The translations under genes and the position numbers were made by a program. Below are positions 52,598-64,000 of a stretch of DNA of 64,000 nucleotides, one piece after another. This DNA comes from Dicyema japonicum (taxonomy: Eukaryota; Animalia; Dicyemida). The notes under the pieces were generated by a model, which was not told where the DNA came from, made no database searches, and worked only from the letters and a program-made list of their open reading frames with translations. Position 1 is the first letter of the stretch, and each line of letters starts with the position of its first letter. Location: NCBI GenBank assembly GCA_011109175.1, contig RDEW01000014.1, positions 806,001-870,000 of the forward strand. Reading direction: 5' to 3'.

Positions 52598-54184
52598 ATG
52601 TTACGTTTAACAACCTGTTCAGTTGTTTTATAATATTAAATAATAGAAAAATTGACATCAAGATTGTTTAATAGTTCTAATTATGTTCAAACAGTGAGGA
52701 AATTAGATACTACAAATACTACAACATTAAAAAATGGAGTTAGAGTGGTCACACAACCAAATGATGAACTTAATTCGTCAATTGGAGTCTTCTTTGATGT
52801 CGGGTCTGTTAATGAAACTCCAAAGTTGAATGGAATCAACAATTTTGGCAAATACAGCATTTAGGGTTGTGTATATGTATATATATTAGGGGACATTTAA
52901 GAGAAGTGGAGAAGAAATCCGGAAAGAGATTGAAGGAATGGGTGGTGTAATGGATTCCCTAATATCACGAGAAATGTCAGGATATGTAATAAATTGTTCA
53001 ACTAAGGACAGTAGAAAGGGTTAATAACATATAATAGCATATAGCCTTGGAAATATTATCAGATATTGTCCTTAATGCTAAATTTGAGCCATGTGATGTA
53101 GAAGATGCTCGTAGTGATCTCCTGGTCAATCTAAAAGTGATAATTTTGTTAAACTCTAGAATATTGAATATAATAAGGTTGTCATGGATTATCTTCACCT
53201 GAGTGCATTCCAGGGTACTCCCTTAGGACAATCAATATATGGTCCCACTGACAACATTATGTTATATTTATGATAATTTTAGTAATTTGGATAGACATTC
53301 ATTACTGGATTATTACAAAGAATAATTATAAGGCCACCAGGATGGTTGTTGTAACTTGTGGTGGTAATTTTGATTCTGATCAACTTGTCTTGGAGACTGA
53401 AAGACTATTTGGTACAATGGACTCTACTTATGGACATTCTGTACCAAATATAAAGGAATATTATCGTTATACTGGATCCGATGTTTTATTATTCATTATT
53501 AAGATTAAATTTAGAGACGATGATATGGATTACGCCCACGTGGCATTGGCTGTTCAAGGACCTGCATATTCATCAAACGAAAGACTTGTTCTTGATGTGG
53601 CAAACTCCCTTACTGGGCCATGGAATTTAGGTGAAAGTCTTGGAGGATCTAACGTGGCTTCTCCTTTAATCAGAAAAATAGTAGAAAATGGATTAGGTAA
53701 ATATATTAAACCGTTTAATGAGTCATATAAAACTACAGGATTATGGTTATTATTAATTATTACATTAGGGGTGTTTATTTTGTGTCCCCCAGAATGAAAG
53801 TATATGATTTGGTGACATCAATTCAACAAGAGTGGATGAGACAGGCCACCAATGTTGGTAACTTTGAGATTGAACGTGCCCGATCAGCCTTGAGGAATCG
53901 TTTATTACGAAAAAGGATTAGTATTGAGGATTTGGCTCGGTTTGTTGTATTGCTAATTGAAGTGATGTGTTTTATTATGGTCGTGTTGTGCCTGTGCATG
54001 AGATTGAAGGTAAGATAGAATCTATTAGCAGTACTATGGTGAGGGATACTGTCCATAAATATGTTTATGACAAATGTCCAGTTTTATCTGCTGTGGGTTG
54101 TAATTAATGTAATAAATAGGACCAACCGAGACTATAGCTAACTATAATAATATAAGATCTCAAATGTACTGGTTCAGAATGTAA
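52598..54184 (+). CDS. UQCRC1: Cytochrome bc1 core protein 1 / MPP-beta family protein (M16), Zn motif degenerate
   Basis: Presequence MLRLTTCS.., TTLKNGVRVVT, VFFDVGSVNE, YKATRMVV, RYTGSD, AHVALAVQG, YKTTGLWG, EDLAR, GPTE, MYWFR*; tiny introns. Confidence 0.85.
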
Positions 54185-54264
54185 TGACTAACTATTAACT
54201 AATATTTTAATGGGTCATCACTTTGTGGGAAATTAATTATAATTAGTTAAGCCAACATAATTAG

Positions 54265-54992
54265 TTAACAGCATTTACTTGAATTGTCCCCCTTCTTGTT
54301 AAGGGTCACTGGTTGGGATTCTTTAATACCAGAATTACTATTATCCATATCCAAATTAGTACTTTTCTTTTTAGATCTCTAACATTTACGTAATACTATA
54401 CCTTTGAGCACAAGAGTGAATGATTCCTCAACATTTGTCTGATCCAATGCTGATGTCTCGATAAAAAATAAATTATTATCTTCAGCAAACTTTCTGGCAT
54501 CTTCTGTAGACACTGCTCGTAAGTGTTGAAGGTCAGATTTATTCCCTACTAGTTGTACAACAGCTGTAGGGTCCACGTGGTCATTCAATTCCCTAAGCCA
54601 TTTCTGACAATTATCAAAGGTAGCCTGTTTAGAAATATCATAAACCAGCATAACACCAGCAGCCCCTCTATAATAACTAGGACTAACTCAATAATATACG
54701 CGCTTGTTATGGCTTTATATCGTTCTTGTCCTGCAGTGTCCCACACTTGTGCCTTTATTTTGATTTTTGATTGTATTTCCACAGTTCTCATGGTAATAAC
54801 GAAACAACCTTGTAGCAAACTCCACTCCAATTGTGTTTTTCGATTCTAGGTTAAATGAATTCCTGGTAAATCTTGTTAGAAGATTACTTTTTCCAACTGA
54901 AGAGTCACCAATTAAAACAACTAGTAAGGTTAATAAATAATAATTAAAAAATTATTATAATTACTCTTATAAATAAAGTCATAATTATCCAT
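54265..54992 (-). CDS. RAB11: Rab11 family GTPase, apparent indel at ~54372
   Basis: [74 protein letters not shown]-terminal CC. Confidence 0.93.
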
Positions 54993-55354
54993 AAAGTAAG
55001 CTTATAGATATTATATGTATTTAAATTTTTATTATTTAATTATTAATAAGTTATTATTTTTAACATTATCTTATTAAAAATTTAATATAATTTTTGATAA
55101 GGTCGAAATATGATGAAAAACAGACATTTGAATCTTTTTGACAATTAAACTTAATAGTTAAAAACAATATAATTTTGAGAGGTTAATCTTACTTGGCTTA
55201 ATTTAATCTTTATGGTTTTTTTAATCCAAAGACTTTTTGACTATGAAAACTAAGTTTGATTGACCAAAAATAATGCTAAAGTGACAATTTTTGTCATTAT
55301 TTTAATTGCATATACTTAAGTAAGTTGCTCTATTAATACTAACTTTTGAAAATT

Positions 55355-55568
55355 AACCACCATTAAAGCTATAATAATTGACAAAAATGGAGTTGACAGT
55401 ATAAAGTCGCTGATAGTGAATATATTTAACCACCATTAAGGCTATAATAATTGACAAAAATGGAATTGACAGTATAAAGTCGCTGATAGTGGAATATATT
55501 AACCACTTAAGGCTATAATATTACAAAATGGAATTGACAGTATAAAGTCGCTGATAATGAATATATTT
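55355..55568. repeat. Tandem repeat, 73-bp unit x ~3
   Basis: Units start at 55355, 55428 and 55501 (AACCACCATTAA..TTGACAGTATAAAGTCGCTGATA..). Confidence 0.9.
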
Positions 55569-56079
55569 GTCAATACGGGCAACACTTTTTGTATATTATT
55601 ACTTCATATTGCATGTAGAGTGCATGTAAAAAAACATTCAATCAACTCCTGCTATTCTATACGAAGGGTGAGAGTTAAAAAAAGCCACAAAAATCGGATG
55701 TTTCTTAAGAATGGACATCAAAATATTTTGTAACCACATTTTCAAAATGAGGCACGAAACACACGTGCATTTCAAAAATCACCCCATGAATCTGTTGAAC
55801 GGAATAATGTTTGATTTTAATTTGACAGACATAAAGACACTTCAAAACATAATAAATCAATTTTGTGGTTTATGGTAAGTTATCGAGAGACATAACTATT
55901 ATCGAGATGGGAATTACTAAGTTGTTTGCTAATAGTGGACAAGAAGCGGAAGTACGCCTTTTTCTCAATAGTTGTCGTCCACGAATTTTCCAAAACCGAA
56001 CCATTCGCTGAGTTCTTTTATCTCATAGTGAATTTAAAAGCATGATAACTTTTTACTGAAAATAGATCATAACCTAATT

Positions 56080-58105
56080 GTTCATCCAAATCGATGGAAA
56101 TCACGATAGATTAATTCACGCGTCATGTGATTCCCCGTTTCTGGTGCCGCAAGTTGTGAAATTTACTTCACAAACAAAAAGTACCCTTTACCATTTCCAA
56201 TCAAAGAAGATTGTCCTTCTTGGACAGCCCCTATTGGTCTGCCTCACCCAACTTGATCGAAGCCCTGCTGATTATCTCCGGAGATATAAACCCAAATCCT
56301 GTTGTTTTCTTACAACTAAACATTAACGGAATAAGGGGGAAGGTCCTGGAGATCAGAGACCTCCTGAAATAAACAGGACACAGAAATTTGCCTACTTCAA
56401 GAAACAATACTGTCTTCCTCCACACACCCCAGTCTCCCCAGGCTACAACATTATTCGACGTGACTGCCCTTCTGGCCGCGGAGGTGGAATCATCACACTT
56501 ATCAAGAAGGAAATCCCTTTCATTGAAAAAGTACACCTCACTTCTCCCTCCCGTTGAATACATCACAATTTCAATTACAACCAACATTGGATACCTCACT
56601 ATATTGAACATGTATGTACCTCCTTCCAATTCGTGCCCCTAAAGGATTCAGTTTCTCACTGCCAAGTGTCTACCAATCCAATAACTTGTTATTATGTGGA
56701 GACCTGAACGCGAAGCATCCAATGTGGTTCAAAATCCAGTTGGAAAACGCCAGAGGAATCCACTTACTATTGAAGCTGAATCATCATGTGTAAACAACCC
56801 TATATTCAATTCAAGAATCCCATAGAGCAAACGACAGGACGTCCTCCTTGCCTCCCCAAAAATTGCCGCTCTAATCAATTGGTCAGTGTCATACGAAACT
56901 ACCAGTGACCATAACCCCATCATCATTACTTTCAAAGGAAGAGTGCCCAGATGGTATCCCTACTATACTTTTGAAGAAGATAGCCGCACATCATCTTGGC
57001 CCTCACCCGAATTTATAATCTCTCCAAAAAAATTCCATTCCTACTTTATGGAAATTATCCCATATTCGGCCTATCGTAAAACCTGGACGGCCGAAGGACT
57101 CACCAGCTTCATACAGACCAATATCTATTCTGTGTGCCTCTTCAAAAATTCTGGAAAAGCTCATTCTTGATCAGATTAAACCTTACCTCCCGAACGTATT
57201 CTTCCAACATGGTTTTAAGAAGACTCACTCCACAACTACTCACCTTGCTTGACGAAATTCATCAAGGAAGGCCAAAAGACCATTATGTGTTTCATTGTCA
57301 TACAGAAGGATTTTGACTCGATTCTGAGGAAATTACTCACTAAGAAGATTTATGGCTATAACATTCAGAACAATTTGAAAATTTGCAAACTTCCTCACGG
57401 ACGAAGAGTAATTTCACATTCCATATATTCTTTCACTAAATTTCTACCGAATGGGGTCCCGCAAGGATCCCCTCTCTCACCCATTCTCTTCAACCTCTTT
57501 ATGAGCGACATGCCTTCCCACAACAGCGACGATACTCTGTTCCTCGCTTATGCTGACGACATAATCCTGGCAACAAGAGACCAGTGTATCCACACAGCGG
57601 GTACCCGTTTATAAGAGTTACTGGACAACCTGAACTGTTGGATTACGAGGAACCTATTACAAAAGTCCTGAAAAGTAGAGCTCAATGATTTTTACTCTAA
57701 TAGAAAACTGACAAACTCGGCACCTTTATTGACTCTTGATGGAATATCAATTTTCTCCACAAACTCAATCAAAATACTGGTGATCACACATGACCCCCTT
57801 ATGACCTTCAGCAAACACCTAACCTATTCTATACCAAAATAAACACCTTCCAATAAATAGTAACGAGGGCCCTACAAAGGTTCTCCTCGCCACTAAAGCC
57901 AACCCCGTTCGAGGAACTTGTGAGGAGAACGGAAGTCCCGCTGAAACCTCAAAATTTTCGAAAAGTGATTCATCCATGCAGGAAGTGTGCCGGCTCTCCG
58001 GAGGAACACCGAGAAAGGATGAGATGAATGCTTAAGGAGGCTGGGATCACCTGACTGCCTTACTCTCTTTTATTTTGTCGGTGATTCTTGATTTTACATA
58101 AAAAA
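56080..58105 (+). mobile_element. Decayed APE-RT LINE (family A)
   Basis: FLQLNINGI, LNMYVPP, CGDLNAKHPMW, SDHNPI, NGVPQGSPLSP, YADDII. Confidence 0.88.
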
Positions 58106-58375
58106 TGTAAATCATAATCCTTCTCTATTCATCCAACTCACCCTTATTCCTCCTTTCCACATCAGAGTCAGGCGTCTATCTTCTACCCGCATCTAATGGC
58201 ATACCTCACATTAGTTCCCTGACTAGAGTCTTAAAGGAAGTAGGGTCTTTCATTACGCAAAAAACTTCTTTAGAGTTCTATTAACTATGGAGTGAAAGTT
58301 TGCTGAGTTCGTTCTCCATTCGTAACTACAAAGTTGGATTTTCTTTGGGAATAGCATTTTCCCACATGTTTTATG

Positions 58376-58524
58376 GGAGTGCGGAAAAAAGTCAAGTATT
58401 GAAAAAAATTTTAAAAATTAAAAGATGCTAGTAGTATCACAAAAATGCGATATAAACTAAAAAAAGACAACTTGACTTTTTTTCCGCTTGATTTTTTTTC
58501 CACTTGACTTTTTTTCCTACAACC
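58376..58524. mobile_element. MITE, internally deleted copy of the 5407-5651 element
   Basis: Same termini GGAGTGCGG..CCTACAACC; TSD GTTTTATG at 58368-58375 and 58525-58532. Confidence 0.88.
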
Positions 58525-58539
58525 GTTTTATGATAGTCA

Positions 58540-58691
58540 TTATTATTGTCCCAGAACCATTTGGTTAAAAGAGAAAAAATCTATTCCAGACCGACAAGGG
58601 AGAGTACGAGTCCGGCGGGGTCGAGAATCCTGTACAGCTCTTCTCATTGGACATGGCTTCGGCTCAAACTTTTTAAATGTTTGTAAATATT
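58540..58691 (-). mobile_element. LINE family B 3' end, split from its remainder (61970 onward) by the Ginger insertion
   Basis: FEPKPCPMRRAVQDSRPRRTR matches 21835-21950. Confidence 0.85.
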
Positions 58692-59033
58692 TGTCGCACG
58701 CACAACGCACAACCATGGACAACGCAAAACAAATCATGTCAATGTCATATGTCAAAAGCACTATATAAAATGTCATGAGGAATATGAAATAATCGAACGC
58801 ATTATTAAAGACAAGGTATTTTCAAGTACCAATAGGTACAATAAATTTCGTTACCAACAGGCATAATAAATTTCGTCTTGTACAAAAATCAAGAAATTTC
58901 ATGATGATCAACGACAAAATGTATCTGAAAGATCAGAATGGAAATCACAAGCTTGTTATTTGTATGGACAATAACAATGAGATGGATGTTTTAACCTCAG
59001 CACTCCATAACCAGGCTCATCTTGGAATGAATA

Positions 59034-59345
59034 GTAATAATAATAATAAAGCCTTTTCACGAGAGCCATAGTATTTATAGCTCCGCATAAGCAGGACACA
59101 CACTTTATTTAAGTAAAGAACAGTTAATTTTAACTAATCGTAGAACCAAGGAATGATCTTCACTTCTTTTTTTTCTTTTTCTTGTGTGAGTGTCCTTTCT
59201 AGACAATCCAGTTCCGCAGTGATTATCCACTGATGACGGCGTCACTCGTCAAACCCTTTCTGCATCGTAGATGCGTGGAACCTTCCACCAGGTGAACAGC
59301 AGCTAGATTCGAACCCGTGGCCTAAGCCACTTAAGCCCGACACCA
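59034..59345 (-). mobile_element. tRNA-derived SINE inserted in the Ginger integrase
   Basis: Highly similar to 22254-22566; TSD AATGAATA at 59026-59033 and 59346-59353. Confidence 0.9.
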
Positions 59346-60544
59346 AATGAATAAAATGGAGAATTTCTGCAATAAACACTACTTCCACATTAAAAAAAGT
59401 GTTATCCGCAGAGTAATTAATTCCTGTGAAATCTGTAAGTTTTCTCCTTTAAAAGTTTGTTTTTTGGTAATACTTTAATAGCATATCGCGTTAAAACCAA
59501 ATGAAAGGTTTCAAATAGATCTTATTGATCTGAAAAGATTTTATTCTGTCAACGATGAATACAAATGGATGCTCACTGAATTGATGTATTTTCAAAGTTT
59601 GCCATAACAAAAAAATTAAAAACAAATCTGGTTTTAAAGTAAGATGCTTAAAATCATATATTTAATTTAGGTTTCAATGGAATCAAAGACCACATTCTAT
59701 GAATATGGGCCTTTAATGAATTTACAATCAGAAAATGGTACAGAATTTAAAAATTCTGATATTCAAGCACTTACTAATGAATTTAATACTAAACAAGTTC
59801 ACGGAAGACCAAAACATCCTCGATCTCAAGGTATTCAGTTGTTTGTATATATTTTAAGGTATTATAGAACGATTCAATCAAACCATCACACGGATTCTGT
59901 CGAAAATGATGGCAAAAAACGCTGAAAAATTTTGGATTCAAAATTGTTAATATGTTCATAACCAAAATCACTTTTGAGATGTATAGAGGCATTCCTGGTT
60001 TTAAAAATGTTACAGTAAATGATGGTTGGCTTAATTTTTATATTTTTGACATAGATTTGGAGAATGATATTTGCGACGAGACAGTAAATGCTGATGTCGT
60101 AAGAAAAAACAAATAATGAAGCAACAAAATCTGTTTGTGAAATAGGTTACAAAAAATGATTTTAAAATTAGAAAACTTTCAACTTAAGTTCAAAACCAAA
60201 TTTGAATTCATCCTATTTTAAGAGGATGAACAAAAAGATCAATGTTCATCATGGTAAATACACGTTTTCTATAAGGGATCAAGTTTTTAAATAATTAAAT
60301 GTAGGTTCGAGTTTTAAAAGATTATGGAACTAATCCTTCTCTAAGGCTGAATAAATTTGAGAGTCCATACAGTGAGAATGTATAAGTCTTAAGTTTATTA
60401 TCAAACAATCGTGTTGAGGTTAGAATGTAAAAAAATATTTTTGTTGAAACTGGTGAAAAAAAATTATTCCAATGCACATGGTCAAGAAAATATAATTAAT
60501 TTTGATGTAATAATTTTTTTATTAAAAATGATAAGGACAAAACA

Positions 60545-61560
60545 TTAGTTAGCTGCCGCCCTCACTGCGTGGCTGTTCCCTCTGAATTGCAAGCGAAATT
60601 CACTCAAACAGCCACCGGCGTTCGCGGAGATCTCCAGTGCATGAAATGATTCGGTTTCCAAAACGTCCGAAAAAACTCTAGTGTAGAAAAGAAATAGGAT
60701 CCGGAAGTCTCCATAGCAAGGGGAACAAATTGGACATTATCGGGAAGATCGCCGTATTTTTCGAGTTTGGCCTTCTCCGCCTTGACGGCTGCAGAGCAGG
60801 CCCTTGAAGCGCACTCGTGAAGATTGTTCAGGGCGAACGTGTCTGTACATTTCACGTCCAAAACAAGTGGTTTCCCGGCCTCAAAGGGAAATACCGTCCG
60901 GTCGTTTCCCGTCACTTCTGCATAACCCGACCGGTTCTAGAATGGCCGAGTATCTAGCAGCATGCATAGCCACTTGACAATCTCATTTAGAGCCTTGTGC
61001 CTTGGATATCTACCAGCGCTCCTCTTGCAGGCGAGAGTAGAGAGATATTTACTTTTAACGCATTCATTATCCAGAAAGGTCCCCAGAGCTCCATTTTGGA
61101 TGGCGCTTAACCAAGCTCTGCTCTCGGAGAAAGCCCCGAAAGCAAACAAGCGCGTCGGTGCTGAGTGGCTGATTCCAGTAGGAGTCTAAATGATTTCCTG
61201 CACAATAAATTGTCCAGGTTTCGCTGGCAGTCTTGTGAAGGAGGCAGGGGAGGTTGGTGGCATTCCAGACTTCTCGTGCGTGGATTAAGTTCTTGGTCAA
61301 TTGAGAATTCGGGGTAGGAGAGTGTAGAATCCTCCTGACCAAAGGTTCACAGGCCGTGAGTGAAGACAGATGCAAGAAGTGAGACATCCAAAGTACGACG
61401 GATTTCAAGACCCCTAAATCTAACTGGGAGTGTAACTTGCTTCCATGTAGCATCGTCGAATTTGACATTAAATATTTGCTCCGTCGAGCTGAGGAAAAAC
61501 AAATTAAAGTGCTCAAGCTGCTCCAGTTGGGAATTGTACGGGGCTGTCCTGAGTAAATAG
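60545..61560 (-). mobile_element. CRE retrotransposon 3' fragment nested in Ginger
   Basis: ACKRSAGRYPRH, FPFEAGKPLVLDVKC, AEKAKLEKY, FVPLAMETSG. Confidence 0.85.
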
Positions 61561-61614
61561 GCGATTCTCTAATGTTAAGACTTTGTAATAAAATTAACTC
61601 TAGATTATCTTATT

Positions 61615-61855
61615 AACAATTAAACAAATGTCAGTTGAGGAAGCCTGATGCGTGGATTGCGAACGAGTTCCCTCGGAGTAAGTCTATTCCAATCTTTGTC
61701 TTAGCAATAACCCTTCTCGTGTGATCCCTTTCTTTCAGGCAAGCAATCCTCCGAGTTCTCGTAAGAACTCAGCCGTCATTGGACCAACGGCTCCCGATGA
61801 TTCGGTCGCAACAGGAGTAAATCGGGTAGCGATCCCCGAGGCAAGAAGATTTCTT
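61615..61855 (-). mobile_element. Short CRE 3' fragment with 12-bp TSD nested in Ginger
   Basis: FTPVATESSGAVG..RGNSFAI; TSD GATTATCTTATT at 61603-61614 and 61856-61867. Confidence 0.82.
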
Positions 61856-61969
61856 GATTATCTTATTTCAGTAATTAATCGTGACATTGATTGACATGAT
61901 TTTGACACATGACATTGATTGACACGTGATTTGTCGCGTTGTACATAGTTGCTCACAGTGCGCGTGACA

Positions 61970-63700
61970 TATTTCGATAGTGTATGAAACAGGGGGCAGC
62001 TTGGTAGACTAAGAATATTAGTTGTGATTCAATTATAAGATTTTTATGGGTTGGATTTTTTGTTCTGGTCCAATCAACTTTCCTGGATTGCGGATAGTTT
62101 CAATGAGGACCGTGAAATTTGAATTGCCAACGAAAGAGTTCCATACGTCATCGGATAAATTTTTTTTTCAGATTCGAATATTTCATTTAGTAAAGAAAGA
62201 GAGTAAATGGTCATATAGCGGCTGCTCTGACTCGGATAAATTATTCATAATCAGGTTTTCGAATATGCTTGATTAGGGACTTGTTCCATATTTCAGGGAT
62301 TGTGTTGATGGATAGGTTAAGATGTAGGCTAATAGTTCCAGGACTTAATGACTCAGGTGATTTAGTTCACATGTGGCTATGTTGTCTGGTCCTCTGAGTT
62401 GTTGACCTTGGCCTGTGGACATCCTGACTAGTAAAAAGAATCCAGTCATTGGAGTGTTTCGTGTTCAATCTTTTTCAGGAATACTTGGTGTTCTTTTGCA
62501 AACTCTTGGGTGGATGCAGAATTCGTCTTTTGTCTCTGAGAAGGAGATTCTGACGTTCTTGATCCATTTACAGACTCTCTGCATTTGGAAGCTCCTGCAA
62601 AGAGCCTTCGATAGTCTCGTCCATCTACTCTCATTTTATGTCTTGATGTTCTTGTTGATCTCTCTATTCAGTCCTCGTATTTTTCTGATGTTCTCTTCTG
62701 TTGGTAATTTCACCCTCTTTATATTATTTCGTCCTCTGATCAAACGGTTCGTCGTTGTATCGAAACGTTTTGATGACGCAGGTTGCCTGCCCATTGGAAT
62801 ATACTACCTTCTCGCAGCGCTTGAATAATTTCACTAATTGTTCGGAAATAGGAGTGGAAGAATTCAAGAGTCCAATGCAAATATCGACGTACTCATTGAA
62901 TCCTCTCCAGTTCGCAAGGCTGTAATTAATTATCGTCGGAGATTGTCCTCTCATCCGTAATCTATTTTTGACAAATATTGGATTGTGGTCACTCCTGGTG
63001 GCATATCACGGGCCAGTCAATAAGGGGCCAGGGATGGAGATGACAGTGAGATATCAATGGATGAGGGTTTATCGTTACGTCAAGAAGGTTTTCTTGTATG
63101 GAGAACCCGATCGTTTAGTATGTAGTGGTCCTCAAATAGCATCTTCCCCTTTTTTCATGGGCTTGTCCTACAATGGATGCTTCGCATTGATGTCACCACA
63201 GATAATCACATCCTTCAGAGAATCTGGGAACGGGAGGAGCAAGAACTTAAAGGCGGGAGATATGCGTTGACTAATGTAGTGAAAGTCTGGGGAATCGGAT
63301 TTAGACTGCCACAAGTTCGAGATTTCCACAGTCATGGAGCATAGTGTAGACATTGTCAGTGATATCCTCGCATGGAATTCCGTTACGAATGACAGAATGC
63401 CTCCAACATGTTTCCCACGTCTGTCGCGACGAATAACTGTGAATCCCAGGAATCTTGGTGTTCCATTGCTGATGGAAAGTTTGGATTCTGGAGTAATATG
63501 TCGATGAGGTTTTTCTCCAAATAGGTTCAAGTATTTTACTCTTGATTCCATTCACATTCAGTTGAACTATCCTAGATAGTCCAGGTTTGGTTCGACATCT
63601 CCACATCGGCATATGTCTTCCTTGTTGGTCCGTCTCATAAGGATAAGGAAAGTGTAGTTCCTCTTCCTTCCAAATGCCGTCGTCGGCGAGCACACGACAT
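61970..63700 (-). mobile_element. Decayed APE-LINE remainder (family B-related)
   Basis: VQLNVNGIKSK, IRRDR..GG, CGDINAKHPL, SDHNPI, ANWRGF; 61970-62150 continues the family B 3' sequence. Confidence 0.8.
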
Positions 63701-64000
63701 TATCATAACGTTAAAATTCAATAAGCTATAAATCTTTAATTAAATTGATTGATTTACAAATTTAATATTTCCATGGAGAAATAGTCAATATTATTTAGAA
63801 TCCAAGGGTCACAAAAAAAGATAAAATATCGTGATCCCAGTTCCTACAATCTTACATTTGTGGGCATCCGTTGAAAGTTAACGTTGTCGTGGTGCCATAT
63901 GGCTTGCCTGAAAAGGTGTCACTCAATCCAAAAAGGATGTTAAAGCCTTAGCTCATTTGGTGGTCGATGTAGTTCCCATATTAAAATAGTCAAAAATAAA

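Larger units (their letters stand above)
58692..61969 (+). mobile_element. Ginger (Ginger2/TDD-like) DNA transposon with intron-containing DDE integrase, decayed, with nested insertions
   Basis: Imperfect ~70-bp TIRs TGTC..GACA; TSD TATT at 58688-58691 and 61970-61973; H..H..C..C finger (HNQAHLG..CEIC), RFQIDLID, DVFSKF, LQSENGTEF, GRPKHPRSQG|IIERFNQT; introns 59639-59670 and 59831-59858. Confidence 0.88.

Noticed and set aside
54368-54376. TAA at the conserved Tyr of Rab11 EIY, suggesting stop-codon reassignment
   Set aside because: Readthrough would not restore the frame (an indel is needed), and TAA terminates several genes here
55355-55568. CRISPR-like array or bacterial promoter (TTGACA..TATAA)
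   Set aside because: Head-to-tail repeats without unique spacers, eukaryotic context, no cas genes

Overview
AT-rich eukaryotic, animal-like genomic DNA. Compact gene islands sit in a dense graveyard of decayed transposons. Nearly all spliceosomal introns I could resolve in host genes are only 20-25 nt (GT..AG). This points to a highly reduced metazoan such as a dicyemid (inference). Host genes: SLC25A22-like glutamate carrier, Rap-like GTPase, HLCS, TBC1D22, GCN2/EIF2AK4, STMP1, complex III core-1/MPP-beta family protein, Rab11, and an orphan coiled-coil gene. Standout 1: an intronless bacterial type-2 (TyrZ-like) tyrosyl-tRNA synthetase with a presequence-like N-terminus, ending 13 nt before the intron-containing STMP1 gene. 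It is a probable horizontally acquired replacement of mitochondrial TyrRS. Standout 2: a delimited Ginger-type DNA transposon (TGT..ACA termini, TATT target duplication) whose integrase carries miniature introns. Also present: a near full-length PHD-finger CRE retrotransposon, a tRNA-derived SINE whose tail resembles an RTE-like LINE tail, repeated LINE insertion at one 13-bp site, and degenerate 2A-like motifs in LINE ORF2s. Several host genes show 1-2 nt deletions in A/T runs, most likely assembly errors. All calls are from manual reading; no searches were run.
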